A DNA stretch of 64,000 bases from Candidatus Omnitrophota bacterium (lineage in GTDB: Bacteria > Omnitrophota > Gorgyraeia > 2-01-FULL-45-10). Shown piece after piece: positions 50,097-59,703 of this stretch. Both the position numbers and the translations under genes were made by a program. Position 1 is the stretch's first letter. The number at the start of each line of letters is the position of its first letter. The notes beneath the pieces are model-generated. The model searched no databases and was not told the origin of the DNA. It worked only from the letters and a program-made list of their open reading frames with translations. The stretch is taken from NCBI GenBank assembly GCA_030695905.1, contig JAUYOL010000007.1:6604-70603 (forward strand), in the 5' to 3' direction.

Positions 50097-50507
50097 ATGA
50101 TATCTAACAAAAAAGGTTTTACGCTGGTTGAATTAATGCTCGTGGTTATAATAATAGGTGTTTTGGTCGCCATGGTGGCTCCAAGGCTCGCCGGAAGATC
50201 CGAACAGGCTAAGATAGCGGCGGCCCGCGCCGACATTAACGCAAATCTGGCATCAGCGCTTGATCTTTATGAAATCGATAACGGCGTTTATCCGGAAAAA
50301 CTGGAAGATCTTACAGTTAAGCCGGCCAGCGCGCCCAATTGGAAAGGGCCATACCTGAAAAAGAAGCCCATAGATCCATGGGGCAATCCTTATGTCTATA
50401 AATATCCCGGCACGCACGGTGATTATGACTTAAGTTCTCTTGGAAGATCCGGCACGGAGGGCCAAGAAGGAGCGGTGAATAGCTGGGACGAAGAGAAGGA
50501 GAAATGA
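50097..50507 (+). CDS. gspG: Major pseudopilin
   Basis: KKG-FTLVELM prepilin site; NWKGPYL...DPWGNPY.Y.YPG. Confidence 0.93.
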   Translation: MISNKKGFTLVELMLVVIIIGVLVAMVAPRLAGRSEQAKIAAARADINANLASALDLYEIDNGVYPEKLEDLTVKPASAPNWKGPYLKKKPIDPWGNPYVYKYPGTHGDYDLSSLGRSGTEGQEGAVNSWDEEKEK

Positions 50508-50986
50508 TATTCCGCCTGCATCGGAGTTCCGGATTAACATTGATAGAATTAACATTAGTGACGCTCTTGTTATTAGTTATAGTGGGCCTCTCCGTCCCGA
50601 TATTTAAAAAAACCTTTCAGAACTTATCCGCGAAAGACACTTCTTACAATATCTCCAAACTGATAAATTATGCCCAGGAAATGGCTGTTTTGGAGAGAAA
50701 AAATTTTAAAATAATTTTTGACTTCTCCAAAGGCAAATATCAGCTTTTCGAATTAATCACACAGGCGAAAGAGCCTTTGTATACAAAGGCTCAATCCAGG
50801 TTTGGCAAAATGCTTGGTATTCCACAGGGGTTGACGCTTCGCGGCGACAGGAAGGAAATGATTTTTTATCCTGACGGCCATTGTGATGACATGAAAATAT
50901 ATGTAATGTCGAAGAGAAGTGGTTTTTCTATAATAGTTAAAAGATTCGGCAATAAAGTCGAGATAAAAGAGGTCAATATTGAATAG
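50504..50986 (+). CDS. gspH: Minor pseudopilin (GspH-like)
   Basis: SG-LTLIEL; I.FYPDG motif; position after gspG. Confidence 0.78.
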   Translation: MIFRLHRSSGLTLIELTLVTLLLLVIVGLSVPIFKKTFQNLSAKDTSYNISKLINYAQEMAVLERKNFKIIFDFSKGKYQLFELITQAKEPLYTKAQSRFGKMLGIPQGLTLRGDRKEMIFYPDGHCDDMKIYVMSKRSGFSIIVKRFGNKVEIKEVNIE

Positions 50987-51380
50987 CAAAAAAGGATTCC
51001 TTCTTTTAGAAGTAATCGTAAGCATAGCTATAATTACCGGCGCTCTGGTGTTTGTGACGCGCATCTATACTACGGCAAAATACGCGCTGCAGAGGTCGTC
51101 TGTAATGTTCGTATCTTCTTTATTGTTAGAAAGTAAGATATTTGAATTTGAAGAAAAATGTAGCATAGAAAGAGACTTTAAGGACGGTAAAGAATTTACG
51201 GATGACAAAGACTATCGCTGGTCTATAAATAGCGTGGGCCTCGAAAACGATCCTGTCCTGAACCAGAAGCTGGGCCTTAATCTTGTGACTATGGAAGTGT
51301 TGAGGAATAGAGACCGCCAGGAACGGAAGTCTTATGTTACAAAGTATTATTTAACAACCTATCTCTACGATAAGAAATGA
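50979..51380 (+). CDS. gspI: Minor pseudopilin (GspI-like)
   Basis: KKG-FLLLEV; YRWS; gene order. Confidence 0.72.
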   Translation: MNSKKGFLLLEVIVSIAIITGALVFVTRIYTTAKYALQRSSVMFVSSLLLESKIFEFEEKCSIERDFKDGKEFTDDKDYRWSINSVGLENDPVLNQKLGLNLVTMEVLRNRDRQERKSYVTKYYLTTYLYDKK

Positions 51381-52000
51381 ACAGAAGAAAAAATATAGGT
51401 TTTACTTTCATAGAACTGATCATAGCGGTAACGATATTTTCCATAATAGCCGTGAGTATATATTCTGTCTTTAGGTCAGGAGTGAGGCTCTGGTACAGGG
51501 TAAGCCCGATGATACAGGATAACCAGTCTCTAAGGCTGTTTTTTAATACCATAGCATCCGACCTTAAGAATTCGGTCCAATATCTAAAAAATGGAGAAAA
51601 TTTTGAAGGTGACCGCAGAAAAATGTCCTTTATGACGTTGGTTGAAGTGTCAGAACAGGGATTTCCTTCCCGTATGGAGTTGGCAAAAGTTATATATAAG
51701 CTTGATAGTACCGCGAAATCTGTAAGAAAAGGCATCGCTACCAGGTTGGAAGGTTTTGCAGAAGATTACGCCAAGTTTTCCGACATTTTAAATGATATCG
51801 AAGATAAAGATTTCGCGTTTGAGTATTGCTACAAAATGGGGTCCTCGCCTATTGACTACAGCTATGAGTGGAAAAGTGAATGGGACGACAAAGATAAAGA
51901 GAGCGGCAGGATCCCGCGCGGAATAAAGATAAAAGTTCGCGACAATAGCAAGGTCGTGTTTATCCCTACGGGCACACTCGGCGGCGAAGATGCGTTTTAA
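51377..52000 (+). CDS. gspJ: Minor pseudopilin (GspJ-like)
   Basis: IG-FTFIEL; W..EW...IPRGIKI. Confidence 0.78.
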   Translation: MNRRKNIGFTFIELIIAVTIFSIIAVSIYSVFRSGVRLWYRVSPMIQDNQSLRLFFNTIASDLKNSVQYLKNGENFEGDRRKMSFMTLVEVSEQGFPSRMELAKVIYKLDSTAKSVRKGIATRLEGFAEDYAKFSDILNDIEDKDFAFEYCYKMGSSPIDYSYEWKSEWDDKDKESGRIPRGIKIKVRDNSKVVFIPTGTLGGEDAF

Positions 52001-52919
52001 TAAAAAAGGCACCATACTAATAACGAGCTTATGGATCCTGACGATACTATCCATTTTGGCCATAGGCATAGGGTTTCGCGTTTCTATTGAAGTACGGTTG
52101 AGTAAGTATAATATGGACAGGTTAAAAGGTGTACATATTGCAAAGTCCGGCATTTTCAAATCACAGGAGCTTTTATCCAGGGATAACAGTCCATATGATT
52201 CCATACGTCAATGCGGTTTTGTTCTGCCGGCAGAATGTGAAGTGCAGGATGTATTTACCGAAAAATTGGGTGACGGCACATTTATTGTAAGTTACGATGA
52301 AGAGGGAAGAAATTATTACGGGATGATGGACGAGGATAGGAAGATTAATATAAATAAAGCATCACTGGCTGTCTTGCGAAATCTCCTGGTGAATGAAGAA
52401 GTCGCGTTATCCATAATAAATTGGCGAAGTCCGGGCAGTGGTCTGGATGACAATTACTACAAATCACTCACTTCGCCCTATGAGTGTAAGCATGCCGAGT
52501 TTTGCGCAATAGAGGAGCTGTTGCTTGTAAAGGGCGTTACGCCTGAGTTATTTAGCGCGGTTAAAGATTATGTCACTGTGTATGGCGAGGGGAAGGTCAA
52601 TATAAATACTGCAACCAGGCGGGTATTGCTCGCTTTCGGATTAAATGAAACAGCGGTTCAGGGCATAATAGATTACAGGAATGGCATAGATAATATGGCT
52701 GGCACGAAAGATGATTTAGCATTTTATAGCATACCCAGGCAGGGAGAATTTCAGTATCTTAGTAATGATGATGTGGCCCGGCTGGAAAACTTTACAACGG
52801 TATCAAATTATTTTAAAGTTGAGTCGAAAGGCATGATTGACAAGTCAAAGATAAGTGCTAAAATAGCCTGTATAATTAAAAGAGGAGATAAAAAATTAGT
52901 ATCTTATCGGGAATATTAG
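51990..52919 (+). CDS. gspK: Minor pseudopilin GspK
   Basis: KKG-TILITSLW (no Glu5), DEDRKININ, EELLLVKG, KVNINTA. Confidence 0.85.
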   Translation: MRFNKKGTILITSLWILTILSILAIGIGFRVSIEVRLSKYNMDRLKGVHIAKSGIFKSQELLSRDNSPYDSIRQCGFVLPAECEVQDVFTEKLGDGTFIVSYDEEGRNYYGMMDEDRKININKASLAVLRNLLVNEEVALSIINWRSPGSGLDDNYYKSLTSPYECKHAEFCAIEELLLVKGVTPELFSAVKDYVTVYGEGKVNINTATRRVLLAFGLNETAVQGIIDYRNGIDNMAGTKDDLAFYSIPRQGEFQYLSNDDVARLENFTTVSNYFKVESKGMIDKSKISAKIACIIKRGDKKLVSYREY

Positions 52920-54349
52920 AAAACCTAAAAAGTTTATTCAGGCCGGACAATCGAGCAGTTTCAATAGAGATCTGTGAAGGTTTTGTTAAAGCTGTAGAAG
53001 CTGAAATTTCAAGAGGAGAAAGACGGATAACGAACATAGTGAGCAGCTCTGTATCAGGAAAGGATCCTGAAGCGATAGCCGGCCAGATAAAAGACATGTT
53101 TCAATCGATGGTCTCCGCACGTGAACAGGTGCAGTTGAATATACCAAGGCATCTTGTTACCGCTAGATTTCTCAAAATACCCTCTATTAGCGATGAAGAA
53201 ATAGAAAAGATAATGAAGCTTGAATCTATCAAGCACCTGCCTTACACAGATGAGAGTGTTATATACGGATACAGAATAGTAGAAAAGACCGCGGACGGTT
53301 ATTCTAAAGTGCTGCTATCTATAGCGCAGGCCCAGGCCGTGAATAATTTTATAAACATTTTAAAAATGGCCGGTACAGAAAATTTAAAACATTTATCCTT
53401 GAGTTCAGAGGCGCTTTTTTTATGGTATATGCAGGCAATGGAAGGCAAGGAAAAAGAAACCGCTATGGTAGTCAATCTTGACCGGGACCATATAGACGTA
53501 GACGTTATAGAAAAAGACAAGTTAGTATTTACAAGAGGTGTTGCCTTTGATATGAAGGATTCTAAAGCAATTGACAAGATGGCGAGCGAGATAAAGGTGT
53601 CCATAACCAGTTATCAGAAAGAATCTTCTAACGTGATTGGAAGAGTTATATTAACGGGCCAGAAGAATGAATGCGAAGTATTAAAGGCCCTGCTTGTCAA
53701 AGAAGTAAAAGTGCCGGTTGAAATTATAAGTCAGACGGAAAATGTGCCTCTTGGCGAAGATGTGGAAATAGGAAGTGAAAATGTTTCTTTTGCGGAGTCA
53801 TTCGGGCTATTACTGCGGCCGGAAGATATCAAGATAAACCTTATACCTAAGGAAGTTCACGAAGAAACGCGCTTTGTGTTGTCGAAGAATAATTTTATAA
53901 CGGCTATCTTCCTTTCACTGCTTTTATGCGCGATCATTTTCGGTATTACTGTAAAGAAACTGCACGATAAGCATATTTATCTGTCGGTGATGAATACGGA
54001 ATTAAAGAAGATTGAGCCAGATGTTGTTTTCGCGAAAAAAATGGCGAAGGACATAAAAGTTATACAGGAGATGATGGATAGAAAACCGCTGGCCATAGAT
54101 GTAATTTCCGAAGTTTATGCTATAACGCCCGGGGGCATATCTTTAAATATAATCGATTTCGAGAGCGGTAAAACACTTACAGTCAGGGGCAATGCGCCGG
54201 CCTTGAGTGAAGTGCTGAAATATGTGACTTCTATAGAAGGTTCGCCCTATTTTGAAGGCGTTAAGATAAAATATGCCAATAAGCGAATAGTTGAAAACAG
54301 GGAAGCGGTTGATTTTGAAATAGACGCGGTATTGTCTAAATTAAAGTAG
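52895..54349 (+). CDS. GspL / PilM-PilN-like assembly protein
   Basis: Actin-like cytoplasmic part, INLIP, TM helix, PilN-like periplasmic part; frame open from 52892, first canonical start GTG 53039; ATT start at 52895 proposed. Confidence 0.72.
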   Translation: MSILSGILENLKSLFRPDNRAVSIEICEGFVKAVEAEISRGERRITNIVSSSVSGKDPEAIAGQIKDMFQSMVSAREQVQLNIPRHLVTARFLKIPSISDEEIEKIMKLESIKHLPYTDESVIYGYRIVEKTADGYSKVLLSIAQAQAVNNFINILKMAGTENLKHLSLSSEALFLWYMQAMEGKEKETAMVVNLDRDHIDVDVIEKDKLVFTRGVAFDMKDSKAIDKMASEIKVSITSYQKESSNVIGRVILTGQKNECEVLKALLVKEVKVPVEIISQTENVPLGEDVEIGSENVSFAESFGLLLRPEDIKINLIPKEVHEETRFVLSKNNFITAIFLSLLLCAIIFGITVKKLHDKHIYLSVMNTELKKIEPDVVFAKKMAKDIKVIQEMMDRKPLAIDVISEVYAITPGGISLNIIDFESGKTLTVRGNAPALSEVLKYVTSIEGSPYFEGVKIKYANKRIVENREAVDFEIDAVLSKLK

Positions 54350-54358
54350 GTATTCGGT

Positions 54359-54898
54359 ATGATGTTTATAAATAATTTAAATAAAAGAGAAAAGACCCTT
54401 GCGATTGTAGCCGTTTCGGTAGTTTCTATATCTATCGTGTACGCTCTTCTGATAGTGCCGCTATTCGCAAAGTGGATAGACCTGAATAATCAGATTAGGT
54501 CAAAAGTGAATATGTTAGAGTCAGGGTTCAAGATGCTCGCAAATCAAAAACAGCTTAATGAGGAATATGCTAAGGTGTCAAAATATGCCAAACACATGAA
54601 GAGTGATGAGCAGGCGGTTGCGGATACACTTGCCTATATTGAAACTCTTTCAAGGAATGACGCATGTCTTATAGTAAATATAAAACCTGTCGGCACAACG
54701 AAAGCGGACCACTACAAAGAGATATTGATAGATATTTCCGCGGAGGCAAATATGAGTCAATTCTCCAAATTTTTATATGATATAGAAAATCCAAGAGATA
54801 CGTTGATAAGCGTAAAGAGGTTTGCTTTAAGCCCTAAATCAGGACAAGCCGATATTCTAAAAGGCACCTTCCTTATAAGCAAAATATTGTTAGATTAG
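54359..54898 (+). CDS. GspM/PilO-like protein
   Basis: LNKREK + TM + coiled coil + FSKFLYDIEN. Confidence 0.75.
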   Translation: MMFINNLNKREKTLAIVAVSVVSISIVYALLIVPLFAKWIDLNNQIRSKVNMLESGFKMLANQKQLNEEYAKVSKYAKHMKSDEQAVADTLAYIETLSRNDACLIVNIKPVGTTKADHYKEILIDISAEANMSQFSKFLYDIENPRDTLISVKRFALSPKSGQADILKGTFLISKILLD

Positions 54899-54936
54899 CC
54901 AGCCTTATTCTTAAACCAGATAATATACTTAACCAA

Positions 54937-55006
54937 TTGACAAACAAGCATGTTATGATATACTCTCTATATAGAGAGTTGTGTATAGCTCTCTACCCAG
55001 AGAGTT
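54937..55006 (+). promoter_or_regulatory. Promoter (TTGACA-N16-TATACT) overlapped by two palindromic operators
   Basis: ACTCTCTATATAGAGAGT (54962-54979) and CTCTCTACCCAGAGAG (54989-55004). Confidence 0.7.
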
Positions 55007-55009
55007 AAT

Positions 55010-55252
55010 ATGGAAAAGAAAGATATTTATCTAATAAAGGACCTCGCAAGGCTTGCAGGTATATCCATCTATACCATAAAATACTATATCAAATTAGGGC
55101 TTATAAAAGAGATGGGCAGGAGCCCGGAAACCCGCTTTAGGTATTTTGATGATTTGACAGTAGGAGATCTGAAGAAGATAATAGCCTACAAAAGAGAAAA
55201 AATGTCTTTAAGCAGTATCTTGGATATCTTAAAAGAAAAGAAGGCGAGATGA
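55010..55252 (+). CDS. Small MerR-family HTH protein
   Basis: YLIKDLARLAGISIYTIKYY..LGLI...R.....RYF; 80 aa, no effector domain. Confidence 0.85.
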   Translation: MEKKDIYLIKDLARLAGISIYTIKYYIKLGLIKEMGRSPETRFRYFDDLTVGDLKKIIAYKREKMSLSSILDILKEKKAR

Positions 55253-56064
55253 GTTATTACGAAGTTCTCGGTTTAAATAAAGAACCTTTTTCTACCAGCC
55301 CTGATCCCGTATTTTTTTATCGTTCATCATCCCACAATGCCGCATTGCAGAGATTGGAGATACTAGTTCGTCTTAAAAGAGGCCTGGGCCTTATACTGGG
55401 AGATGTTGGCGTAGGAAAAACAACGATGTCCCGAGCGCTCTTACAGAATTTTGCCAATGAGCAGGATTATATATTTCACATAATCCTGGACCCTTCTTAC
55501 AAATCAGAGTTCCAATTTTTATCGAGCCTCGCAAAGATGTTTGGTATAAAACCTAATTCGCGTTCCACGCTTGATTACAGAGAAGAGATCGAAAGGTATC
55601 TTTTTAAAAAAGGTGTGGATGAGCATAAGACCGTTGTTTTGTTGATAGATGAGGGACAAAAGTTGTCTACGCCGTTTCTTGAAATATTGAGGACGGTCTT
55701 AAACTATGAAACAAATGAATATAAGCTTTTGCAGCTGGTCATAGTAGCACAGATGGAACTCTTGCCCAGGATAAAAAAAATAAAGAATTTTTATGACAGA
55801 ATAGGCTTGAAGTACATAATAAATGCCTTAGATGAAGAAGAGACGAAAAAGATGATATTCTTCAGGTTGAAGCAGGCGGGCCTCGAGGATCCAGAAAGAT
55901 TATTCACCGACGGCTCTCTCAAATTAATATTCGGATATAGCCAGGGATATCCCAGAAAGACGGCTATGGTATGCCATGATGCGCTTGAATTTCTCGTGAT
56001 GAATGGCAAGGGCGTGGTGGATGAATCGGTTGTTAATGAAGTTATAAAAAAGGTGTCTATTTAG
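55249..56064 (+). CDS. ExeA/GspA-family AAA ATPase
   Basis: YYEVLGL..EPFS.SPDP.F, GDVGVGKTT, LLIDEGQ, SQGYPR. Confidence 0.88.
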   Translation: MSYYEVLGLNKEPFSTSPDPVFFYRSSSHNAALQRLEILVRLKRGLGLILGDVGVGKTTMSRALLQNFANEQDYIFHIILDPSYKSEFQFLSSLAKMFGIKPNSRSTLDYREEIERYLFKKGVDEHKTVVLLIDEGQKLSTPFLEILRTVLNYETNEYKLLQLVIVAQMELLPRIKKIKNFYDRIGLKYIINALDEEETKKMIFFRLKQAGLEDPERLFTDGSLKLIFGYSQGYPRKTAMVCHDALEFLVMNGKGVVDESVVNEVIKKVSI

Positions 56065-56742
56065 ATGCAGCGAGATATATCTCCGGAAGAAAAATTATTA
56101 TCAATAATAAAGGGTAATCACGATAAGGTTCCCGCTGAAAAAGGCACAGGCAAGCCTGATGCAAAGGACATGGGGATCAAGCCCGTTAGCCCCAGTGGTA
56201 AGATAGATGATTATGTGTCGATTATTCTTAAGAGTAGTTTTTTTAAAAACAATATATTTGATCCTGGCATTCTGAAGGTATTTAACAGGTGCATGGCAAT
56301 AATCCTGGTTATTGCTGTTCTATATTTTATCGGGGATATATTTTTTGTGCGCGCATCCGGCAAGGCCAATTCTATAATAGCGGGCTTTTCCAGCAGCGTG
56401 ATGCCGGCGCAGCTCGCACCGAAAACCGCGAAGATTGAAGCAAGGAATTATTCTTATTATTCAAATAAAGTTGCCGGAAAGAAGATATTTGGGGCAGGCA
56501 CTTATGTCGCTGCTGAATTTCAGTCAGGGGCCCAGTCAGCAGGTGAGCAGTCGGAAAGCAATATAGGGCTTGTTGGAATAATACCGGGGGCCAGGGCCCA
56601 GGCCATAATAGAAGATAGAAAAGCCCAGAAGACGTATTATCTTATGAAAGGGCAGTCAGTTAACGATATCAGCGTAGAAGATATAGATAGGGATAAAGTT
56701 ACGATTGAGTATAAAGGGAAGAGAATGAGCCTTTTCCTGTAG
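56065..56742 (+). CDS. GspC-like single-pass protein (HR domain)
   Basis: TM helix; LVGII.G...QAIIED......Y....GQ.V....V..I....VTI; directly before the secretin. Confidence 0.6.
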   Translation: MQRDISPEEKLLSIIKGNHDKVPAEKGTGKPDAKDMGIKPVSPSGKIDDYVSIILKSSFFKNNIFDPGILKVFNRCMAIILVIAVLYFIGDIFFVRASGKANSIIAGFSSSVMPAQLAPKTAKIEARNYSYYSNKVAGKKIFGAGTYVAAEFQSGAQSAGEQSESNIGLVGIIPGARAQAIIEDRKAQKTYYLMKGQSVNDISVEDIDRDKVTIEYKGKRMSLFL

Positions 56743-56752
56743 GAGGTGTTGT

Positions 56753-58744
56753 ATGAAAAAACAAATTATAGCCGCATTTACCCTGGTTTTATTTTTAAGT
56801 ATGGCTTGCGACCCAATATTGCAGATGATTGCCGAAGCTCAGGATTCTGCCATGCCACCCACATCCGAGCTTGCTGGTATTCAATCAGATCAGGAATCGG
56901 GCAAAGTATCTTTGGATCTTAAAGGCATGGATATAGTCGAAGTTATAAAGATGCTTGCCACCAAGGGAAACCTTAATGTTGTGCTTGGCACCGATGTGAA
57001 GGGGAAAGTGACCATATTTTTAAAAAGTGTCAATCTTATGGACGCGCTCGACATTATTCTTATCGCGAACAATCTGGCATATGACAGGCGTGGCGACATA
57101 ATATACATAATGAGCCAGAGGGATTATGAAAGAATGTATGGCGAAAAATATGCCGAGAAGAAAGAGGCCATGATATTCCGGCTTAAATATGCCAAGGCTG
57201 CAGATATCGGTAAGGCATTGAACCAGATAAAGACAAAGGTAGGAAAAATTATCATCGATGAAGGGTCAAATACAATCGTTGCTATGGACAATCCCTCCGC
57301 AATCGTGCGGATGAATGAAACAATTCAGAGTATAGATACTCCAACCGTCACCAAGATATTTGAGCTTAGGTACGCCAAGGCCACGGATATGAAAGATAAG
57401 GTCGTAGAAAGCCTTACAAAAGGTATGGGTACTATTCAGATAGATGAGAGGACAAACAAGATAGCCATTACCGATCTTGAGAAAAAGCTCCAGGACATAG
57501 AGAAGATGATCGTAGCGTTCGATGATAAATCACAGCAGGTGCTTATCGAGGCTAAAATACTGCAGATTACGCTGAGCGACCAGCTGAAGCTTGGTGTCGA
57601 CTGGACCAGCGTTATAAAACAGTTGCAGAAGGAGATAAATTTAAAAAGCGCATTTCAGCTGGCTGCCTTTAATGCATTCGGGCCTCCGGGCGCGGAAATG
57701 CTTATAGGAAGCTTGGGAGACTCCGGCGATGTAAACATAATGATACAGGTATTGAAGACTATAGGAGATACCAATCTTCTTTCAAGTCCGCGGATAACCG
57801 CCCTGAATAATCAGGAAGCAAAGATATTGATAGGCACTTCCCAGCCCTATGCGACAAATACGGTGACGCAGACTACGGGGACTGCCACAACAGGCACCAA
57901 TATAAGTTTTCTTGATATTGGTGTGAAATTATACGTAACCCCCACGATAAATAAAGATGGTTTTATAACCATGAAGATAAGGCCTGAGGTAAGCTCAACA
58001 AACAGTAATTACACATATGGTACGCCCGCTACAACTATACCGGTAGTCCAGACTACTCAGGCTGAGACGAGTGTCAGTATCAAGGACGGTGCTACGATAA
58101 TCATAGGGGGCTTAATAAAAGATCAGAGGACCGAAACGGTAAATAAAATCCCAATATTAGGCGATCTGCCGATTATTAAATATGCTTTCAGTAATACGGA
58201 TGTCAAGGTGGAAAAACAGGAACTCGTTATATTTTTAACCCCTCATATAATAAGTGGTGAATCGGATTATATGGACCCGCCAAAAACACCGCCTATAGAC
58301 GAAGGTAGATTTACTGTACCGGAAAAACCGGCTTTTGAAAGAAGGGATGAAGTTTCCATGAAGCCCGGCATGTTCAAAGGCGCAAAAAAATACCAAAGCG
58401 AAGAAGATTCCTCTATGGGTCCGGTAAAAAAATCCACTATGGAGACGGTAAGCATAGCGTCAACGTCACAGGAATATTATTATTCTGTCAAAAACAAAAT
58501 AATAGAGCATATATCTTTACCTAAAGACGCAAAATATTCTCAGATCAAAGGCAAGGTCAAATTATCGTTTTTCCTGACGCCTGCGGGTAAAGTTACAAGG
58601 GGTCCGGATATACTTGAGTCGTCAAATCATGAATTGGACGATATAGCGCTTAGGGCCGTAAAGAGGGCCGGTTCATTTTCGGTCTTTCCGGAAGATATGG
58701 GTAGAGGAGAAAAACGTTTTGTTATGGATATAGCCTTTGAATAA
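56753..58744 (+). CDS. gspD: Secretin (GspD/PilQ family) fused to a C-terminal TonB_C-like domain
   Basis: VSLDLKGMDI N0, N-domain repeats, QVLIEAKI, LSSPRI..LNNQEA.I, GVKL.VTP.I, IPILGDLP, ELVIFLTPHI; tail GKVKLSF...G......ESS....LDDIAL.AV. Confidence 0.88.
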   Translation: MKKQIIAAFTLVLFLSMACDPILQMIAEAQDSAMPPTSELAGIQSDQESGKVSLDLKGMDIVEVIKMLATKGNLNVVLGTDVKGKVTIFLKSVNLMDALDIILIANNLAYDRRGDIIYIMSQRDYERMYGEKYAEKKEAMIFRLKYAKAADIGKALNQIKTKVGKIIIDEGSNTIVAMDNPSAIVRMNETIQSIDTPTVTKIFELRYAKATDMKDKVVESLTKGMGTIQIDERTNKIAITDLEKKLQDIEKMIVAFDDKSQQVLIEAKILQITLSDQLKLGVDWTSVIKQLQKEINLKSAFQLAAFNAFGPPGAEMLIGSLGDSGDVNIMIQVLKTIGDTNLLSSPRITALNNQEAKILIGTSQPYATNTVTQTTGTATTGTNISFLDIGVKLYVTPTINKDGFITMKIRPEVSSTNSNYTYGTPATTIPVVQTTQAETSVSIKDGATIIIGGLIKDQRTETVNKIPILGDLPIIKYAFSNTDVKVEKQELVIFLTPHIISGESDYMDPPKTPPIDEGRFTVPEKPAFERRDEVSMKPGMFKGAKKYQSEEDSSMGPVKKSTMETVSIASTSQEYYYSVKNKIIEHISLPKDAKYSQIKGKVKLSFFLTPAGKVTRGPDILESSNHELDDIALRAVKRAGSFSVFPEDMGRGEKRFVMDIAFE

Positions 58745-58776
58745 TATTTTAATAAAGCCGTCACAAAAGGGGGCCG

Positions 58777-59313
58777 TTGATGAATAAAGACGACAGAACT
58801 TTTTTAATCGTGTCATTTATGGTCATCATATTATTACTATTCGCCGTGGGCTCTCTCTATATGATGAAAGAAAATGAGAAAGAGAAGAGAGTGGGCCTGC
58901 AAAGGCAGGTGGACGCGCTTGTGATTGAAAAGCAGAACTTAGAGTTGAGGCTAAAAGAGTCAGAAGTCAGCAATGCGCAGGCCTCGTCCACCATTAAATT
59001 TCAGGAAGAAAGGATAAGTTTCCTGTCCAGGGAGCTTGAGGATGAGAAATCGTCCAGCGGGAAAAATATTGTTAAGATTCAAGAAAAAGAGTTTGAAATA
59101 CAGAATCTCAAGGCCAGAATAGAAGATATCAAATCGGAAAAACAGGAAACTCAAAGAAATTCGGAAAAACTTAACGAAGAGTATCTGAATATTAAGTTTC
59201 AGATGGAAAATCTGATTAAGACGAAAGAAGAGTTAGAGAAAAGGGCAAAAGAACTTGTTGATAAAGAAGGTGTTTCTCTCGGCACTGTAGTGATCAAGAG
59301 GCCAAATAATTAA
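58777..59313 (+). CDS. Membrane-anchored coiled-coil protein
   Basis: N-terminal TM helix then E/K/Q-rich heptads. Confidence 0.65.
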   Translation: MMNKDDRTFLIVSFMVIILLLFAVGSLYMMKENEKEKRVGLQRQVDALVIEKQNLELRLKESEVSNAQASSTIKFQEERISFLSRELEDEKSSSGKNIVKIQEKEFEIQNLKARIEDIKSEKQETQRNSEKLNEEYLNIKFQMENLIKTKEELEKRAKELVDKEGVSLGTVVIKRPNN

Positions 59314-59336
59314 AAATCAGAAAGCGTGGCAGTGAT

Positions 59337-59684
59337 ATGAAGATAAAAAATATATGGCTTACAGCGGTTTTTATATGCTTATTGCCGGTATTATCCCAAT
59401 GTGATGAAGGGGGGTATAATAAAATAGGAGATGTTTCTGTTCCTGATAGTATGGAGGTTATTAAGGAGGGAGATGTGAATGTCTTGGTACCTAAAGGGGG
59501 ACAGTTAAAGCAGGAAAGCAGCTTCCTGGTAAAAGAGGTACCGGATGAGTACGCCTCGCGTAAATTTATAGCGATGGAAGGCTATTTTAATGAGATCCGA
59601 ATGGAGCTTGAAGCGCAGGGGAAAGAACTAAAAGAATTAAGAGAAATCGTAGATAGGATTGCGCAAGAAAAAATAGCCAAGTGA
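59337..59684 (+). CDS. Hypothetical exported protein
   Basis: Signal-like N-terminus, C-terminal coiled coil. Confidence 0.55.
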   Translation: MKIKNIWLTAVFICLLPVLSQCDEGGYNKIGDVSVPDSMEVIKEGDVNVLVPKGGQLKQESSFLVKEVPDEYASRKFIAMEGYFNEIRMELEAQGKELKELREIVDRIAQEKIAK

Positions 59685-59703
59685 CCCCACCAGAAATATC
59701 TTT

